Positions 59,561-64,000 of a stretch of DNA of 64,000 nucleotides are shown here, piece after piece (positions within the stretch are counted from its first letter, which is position 1; each line of letters starts with the position of its first letter). Source of the DNA: an uncultured cyanobacterium (lineage in GTDB: Bacteria > Cyanobacteriota > Cyanobacteriia > PCC-9006 > JAAUQQ01). The stretch covers positions 4,416,001 to 4,480,000 of the forward strand of contig OY970368.1 in assembly GCA_963718615.1 (NCBI GenBank), written 5' to 3'. A program made the translations under genes and the position numbers. The notes beneath the pieces are model-generated. The model was not told the origin of the DNA and made no database searches. It saw nothing but the letters and a program-made list of their open reading frames with translations.

Positions 59561-60184
59561 ATGGCACAAGCAATTCGTATTCTTCTCATTGACGATCAAA
59601 CAACGATTCGGCAAGCCTTGCAAATGCTGCTGGAGCGAGAGCCCGGTTTTGAAATTGTAGGAGGTGCCGCCGATGGCGAAACCGGCCTCGCTTTTGTCGA
59701 GCGTCTTTGCCCCGACATTGTCTTAGTTGACATTGAAATGCCGGGAATTGACGGGATTGAAACCGCCAGTATTATCCATAATCGCTATCCTTCGACCAAG
59801 GTCTTGATGCTGACTGGGCAAGATGACAAAAGTTGCTTGCAGCGGGCCTTACAAGCAGGAGCCAAAGGGTATTTGTTAAAAACAACACCTGCAGAAGATT
59901 TGGTCTATGCGATTCGGGCAGTGCAAAAAGGCTATAGCCAAGTCAGTCCCGGCCTGATCGAAAAAATGATGGAGAGCCCCCTAGAAGCAACTCCAACGGC
60001 TTCGGTGCGTGAAGAATCTAGATCATCTCTCAGCACCTCCCAGTCGGGACAATTTATGCGTTGCATTGCAACTTTGCAGGAAATCGATCTCAGGCTCAAA
60101 TCACTACAACCTCGTATCCAACCGCTATTAGAACGTACTAAGGTTTTACAGACTCGTCTTAATGCGCTAAAAATTCAAGTCTGA
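59561..60184 (+). CDS. NarL-type REC domain protein with coiled-coil tail, no HTH
   Basis: ILLIDDQ...VDIEMP...LT...GAKGYLLK; the C-terminus is heptad-like, not LuxR HTH. Confidence 0.8.
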   Translation: MAQAIRILLIDDQTTIRQALQMLLEREPGFEIVGGAADGETGLAFVERLCPDIVLVDIEMPGIDGIETASIIHNRYPSTKVLMLTGQDDKSCLQRALQAGAKGYLLKTTPAEDLVYAIRAVQKGYSQVSPGLIEKMMESPLEATPTASVREESRSSLSTSQSGQFMRCIATLQEIDLRLKSLQPRIQPLLERTKVLQTRLNALKIQV

Positions 60185-60395
60185 GTCGCATCAAATTTGA
60201 GTCGCATCAAGGTTTAGCATCAAGGTTTAAAGGGGCAACCCCGAGAAACAGTTTTCTAGAAAAGACAAGCCTAAACTAGGGGTTTATAACGACTTTAATA
60301 AAGTCGAAATCCCTGTATTTTTGCTCTTGACTGACTGATAGTTTCTGGCCTTTGTCGGGCATGTTGAAATCATAGAAATACTGCAAGGAGCCACT

Positions 60396-61091
60396 ATGGC
60401 CTTACAGCAATCCACCACCGATTTTGAGCAAATTGAGCAAAAGCTCATCGGCTTTAGTCAACAGATTGCACAATCGAGTTCCGTTCTGGATAATCTGGCT
60501 GTCATTCAAACCCAGTTTGAAGATTTAGCTCAGACTTATCAATCGCTCAAAGACTATACGCACCAAGCCAAACTTAAAAATCAAAATCTGGAGAGTGCTC
60601 AGGCCGAAACGGAACGACGCCTCCAGGCCCTAGACAGTCGGCTCGGCACACTGCAAAGTTCCCTCGCAACGATGCAGAAGGACTGGGAAAACCCGCGCGA
60701 AGCCGTCGAAATTTATCTCGACAATCTAGAAAATCGCCTGAGAACGGAATTGCGCGGGGCGCTCAACCATATGGAGCAAGCGGGCTTCAATCCAACCCAG
60801 TTGGACAAGCTCGATAAGCTAGACACCCAAGTTCGCGCTTTTCGCACGTCCCTGCGCACGGCTGAGCGACGCGGACGCATTTTGCAAAACTGGCTAGTGG
60901 CGACCAGCATTACGGCGCTGATGGCGCTGGGGATTCCGCTCCTGCTGCCTTTTGTGCGCCCTGACGCGCAGCCCACGCCTGCCCGCGAAGTCAAGGCCGC
61001 CCCTGCTAAGGATCAGGCGGGATCCCCGTCCTCCGAGCCATCCTCTGGAATGTCAGAAGAGACCTCTTCGAGCTTGGAGATGGCACCCTAG
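60396..61091 (+). CDS. coiled-coil protein with C-terminal TM anchor
   Basis: AAGGAG RBS; long heptad region; WLVATSITALMALGIPLLLPFV. Confidence 0.7.
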   Translation: MALQQSTTDFEQIEQKLIGFSQQIAQSSSVLDNLAVIQTQFEDLAQTYQSLKDYTHQAKLKNQNLESAQAETERRLQALDSRLGTLQSSLATMQKDWENPREAVEIYLDNLENRLRTELRGALNHMEQAGFNPTQLDKLDKLDTQVRAFRTSLRTAERRGRILQNWLVATSITALMALGIPLLLPFVRPDAQPTPAREVKAAPAKDQAGSPSSEPSSGMSEETSSSLEMAP

Positions 61092-61190
61092 ACTGGCTCT
61101 AGACCGACCTAGACCGTAGTAACAATTCACTTTCGGGGCAGAATGGGGGGATAATTAACCGCTGTTTTTCTTACCGAAGCCGCGATCGCC

Positions 61191-61550
61191 ATGTCCTTGT
61201 CTTCCGACACTCCTCTCATCCAGGTTTCTGTTGAGCAGTTGGCCCAGCGATTGGCCACTGCCGATCCTGGCGAAGTTCAACTGATTGATGTCCGTGAACC
61301 GAATGAAGCGGCGATCGCTGCCATCGAAGGCTTTGAGCTACTCCCTCTGAGTCAGCACGAGCAGTGGGAAAGCACGATTGCCGATCGCTTTGACCCCCAC
61401 CGTGAAACCTATGTGCTTTGTCACCATGGCATGCGTTCTGCGCGGATGTGCCAATGGTTGATTGCTCAGGGGTTTACGGAGGTTCGCAATATTGCGGGGG
61501 GAATTGAGGCCTATGCTCAGCAGGTAGATACCTCGGTGCCTCGGTATTAA
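61191..61550 (+). CDS. rhodanese-like protein
   Basis: LIDVREPNE, CHHGMRS, GGIEAY. Confidence 0.9.
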   Translation: MSLSSDTPLIQVSVEQLAQRLATADPGEVQLIDVREPNEAAIAAIEGFELLPLSQHEQWESTIADRFDPHRETYVLCHHGMRSARMCQWLIAQGFTEVRNIAGGIEAYAQQVDTSVPRY

Positions 61551-61741
61551 ATGTTTGCCAGGGGCAGTTTAGAGAATGTTTACCGATGGGGGAGAGATTA
61601 TAGAGTATCTGTGGGATTTGAAGGCATCTGCTATCCTTAAACCACCCTTAAATTTTGATCCGCTTCGGCATTCAAGGTTGGGGCTAGTCTGTTCGAGCTC
61701 AATTTTTGAACTTTTCTGGAAAGCTCTCGCCCGCTGATGCC

Positions 61742-62827
61742 ATGACGATTTTTGTCGAGCTTACCCAGCGACAACAGCAGATCCTACAAGCGACGGTGCA
61801 GCATTATGTGGCAACCGCCGAGCCCGTAGGCTCGAAAGCCTTGGCCACGGAATATAACTTTCAGGTGAGTCCTGCGACGATTCGCAATGCCATGGGCTCC
61901 CTAGAGAAGTTTGGTTTGCTGTACCAACCCCATACCTCTGCTGGACGCATTCCCTCAGACTCAGGATATCGGCTCTATGTCGATCGACTCATGAGGCCCT
62001 CGGAAGCTCAATCTCGACGGGTTGAACTAGAGCTATCGGGTCGTTTGCGCACGGAAGAATGGAGTGTTGAGGCAGTCCTGCGGGGAGCCGCTCAAATTTT
62101 ATCCAGTCTTAGCGGTTATATCACGTTGATTACGCTACCTCGGACGGTAACGGCCTGTCTGCATCATTTGCAGGTGGTGCAAGTGGGGCAAGATCGAGCC
62201 ATGTTGATTGTAGTGACGGATTCCTACCAAACTCACTCGGGGATTTTTGACCTCTCCCCTCAGCCCGATGCGGTCTTAGGCTCTGAAGCCGAAGTCCAGG
62301 TTCAGCAGGAGCTAGAGCTGCTCTCTAATTTTCTCAATCACCATCTGCGGGCTCAGCCCCTCGCAGATCTGGGGCAACTCGATTGGCAAGCTCTGGGCCA
62401 GGAGTTTCAGCGTTATAAACGCGATATTGGCGCTTTTTTGATGGCCCTAAGCGAGAGCTACAAGGTTCCCCATCTGACTCAAATCTTGATCAGCGGCGTT
62501 TCTGAAATATTGCGTCAGCCTGAGTTTAACGAACTTCAACAGTTTCAAACGCTTATTCATTTATTGGAAGATGAGCAGGAATTACTGTGGCCTTTAATTT
62601 TTGAATCTGCCGAGACGTCCCCTGCGGAGCGACGGGCTAAGGTGCGGATTGGCAGTGAAAACCCCCTAGAGCCCATGCAAGCCTGTGCCTTGATTTCTGC
62701 GGTCTATCATCGCGGCAGTGAACCTGTGGGCAGTGTTGGGATTTTGGGGCCAACGCGCATGGCCTATGAAAATGCGATCGCCGCTGTCGAAGCTACGGCA
62801 GACTATATTTCCGAACGCCTTTTATAG
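61742..62827 (+). CDS. hrcA: heat-inducible transcription repressor
   Basis: EPVGSK, SPATIRNAM, QPHTSAGRIPS, IGSEN, GILGPTRM. Confidence 0.95.
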   Translation: MTIFVELTQRQQQILQATVQHYVATAEPVGSKALATEYNFQVSPATIRNAMGSLEKFGLLYQPHTSAGRIPSDSGYRLYVDRLMRPSEAQSRRVELELSGRLRTEEWSVEAVLRGAAQILSSLSGYITLITLPRTVTACLHHLQVVQVGQDRAMLIVVTDSYQTHSGIFDLSPQPDAVLGSEAEVQVQQELELLSNFLNHHLRAQPLADLGQLDWQALGQEFQRYKRDIGAFLMALSESYKVPHLTQILISGVSEILRQPEFNELQQFQTLIHLLEDEQELLWPLIFESAETSPAERRAKVRIGSENPLEPMQACALISAVYHRGSEPVGSVGILGPTRMAYENAIAAVEATADYISERLL

Positions 62828-63030
62828 CAAAAATTCTCGTTTCCATCGGTTTTTCGCAGGGCTTCAAAGCACAGAGCTTCAAAGAACGTTGTGGTAGTTA
62901 ATCTAAAACTCTTTTTTGGACACTTTTAAGTTCCGTAAAGCTTTGGTTTTGATGGGAACATCCCGCCAGATTTGCCCATCTTAAAATCAGAGGGAACATC
63001 TCAATAATCCTACAAAGTATTGAGCCAAGA

Positions 63031-63588
63031 ATGATGAAAGTGTCTCAGATTGCTGCCGTTACGTTTGCTGTTGCGACATCGGGTCTTCTTCTCTCGTTGC
63101 CTGCGATCGCCCAACAACGAATCTGTATCGTGGATGACAACAACGGGGAGGTTTTTTGCGGACGCCCCGCCACGGCCCAGGAAATTCGTCAGGCCGATGG
63201 GCAATGGTCCAACTCAGGTCGCTATGGCAATCGGGGTACTAACCGTAGCATTGTGGTCACTAAGCGTACTTCTAACTCCGATCCCTACGCGGTTTACGAT
63301 GCTTTAGACGACATTTATCAAGATATTCTCAATCGAGCCATCGATCGCGATGGTCTACGTCTCTATACCAGCCGCCTCAACCAAGGCTGGAACCTTGCGC
63401 GGGTGCGTAGCGACATTGCCACGAGCCGCGAAGCCGAGGATCGCCTCAACGATTTGTTTCAACAGATCTTAAGTCGCCCCATCGATGGCGGCGGTCTCAA
63501 AACCTATCGCAACCGCTTGGCCAACGGCTGGTCCTTACGGGACGTGGAGCGGGATATCCGCAATAGCCGCGAGGCTCGCGGACGCTAG
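63031..63588 (+). CDS. secreted protein with two DUF4214-like repeats
   Basis: Signal peptide; YQDILNRAIDRDGL...GWNL and FQQILSRPIDGGGL...GWSL. Confidence 0.7.
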   Translation: MMKVSQIAAVTFAVATSGLLLSLPAIAQQRICIVDDNNGEVFCGRPATAQEIRQADGQWSNSGRYGNRGTNRSIVVTKRTSNSDPYAVYDALDDIYQDILNRAIDRDGLRLYTSRLNQGWNLARVRSDIATSREAEDRLNDLFQQILSRPIDGGGLKTYRNRLANGWSLRDVERDIRNSREARGR

Positions 63589-63650
63589 CCGCTAACGAGG
63601 CAGGGCTGTAGGATAGGAGTAGTTTGCCATCGGAACGGCTGGAAATTCCT

Positions 63651-64000
63651 ATGGACCCTTCTGTTCAAGCCTTGCTCAGCGATTTAAAGAGTGAAGAAGA
63701 AGAACGGCGCGATCGCGCCACCCAGTCTCTTTGGCAACGCTGGTTTCACCAAAAGGGTCTGATCGGCCTTGAAACGCTTCAGCAGGCTCAATATCTGATG
63801 GATGCTGATGATTTTGAGCAGGCCGAGATGGTCCTAAGTGATCTGATTGCTGCCCAGCCGGACTTTGCAGAAGCTTGGAACCGTCGGGCTGTGCTGCGCT
63901 ATACCCAAGGCCGCTATCGCCCAGCCATCCTCGATTGCCGCACCGTCCTACGGTTAGTGCCTTACCACTTTGGGGCGCTCCATGGGGTGGGTCTTTGTTA
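63651..64000 (+). CDS. TPR protein (runs off the window end)
   Basis: Hand translation MDPSVQALL...QPDFAEAWNRRAVLRY...PYHFGALHGVGLC. Confidence 0.8.
   Translation, partial: MDPSVQALLSDLKSEEEERRDRATQSLWQRWFHQKGLIGLETLQQAQYLMDADDFEQAEMVLSDLIAAQPDFAEAWNRRAVLRYTQGRYRPAILDCRTVLRLVPYHFGALHGVGLC

Larger units (their letters stand above)
1..64000. repeat. HIP1 octamer GCGATCGC dispersed throughout
   Basis: Many copies, e.g. 537, 988, 4665, 5591, 23284, 23351, 23362; none seen by eye in about 54780-57650. Confidence 0.95.

Noticed and set aside
1-64000. CRISPR array
   Set aside because: No regularly spaced 25-40 bp repeats with unique spacers and no cas genes; only short tandem repeats were seen.

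Overview
Cyanobacterial chromosome segment, judged from the very frequent HIP1 octamer GCGATCGC and the photosynthesis genes petG, psbB/psbT/psbM, psaK and ndhAIGE. Most of it is core housekeeping: rsmD, hisH, sixA-gltA-ndhAIGE-nadK, rpsA, nrdR, ntcB, clpB, alr, tRNA-Ser(GCT), nadA and hrcA. Accessory blocks are (i) a Uma2/toxin-antitoxin/PadR islet at 7-10 kb, (ii) a type I R-M locus whose HsdM is fused in frame to a YhcG/DUF1016 PD-(D/E)XK nuclease, (iii) bioA plus an EAL remnant next to the tRNA, (iv) a PLP decarboxylase + MetX-fold acyltransferase + two cytoplasmic hybrid histidine kinases, a candidate small-molecule signal synthesis and sensing module, and (v) an AT-rich two-membrane-protein islet between IS remnants. 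The most striking pattern is that all three frameshifted non-mobile genes I found (alpha-amylase, nadA, CAP protein) can be repaired by removing one base at the same octamer, CCTTCTGG, in the same phase (nnC-CTT-C-TGG = Leu, skip, Trp). This is either a motif-linked assembly error or +1 recoding at CUU. All calls come from reading the sequence and recognising motifs; no searches were run.
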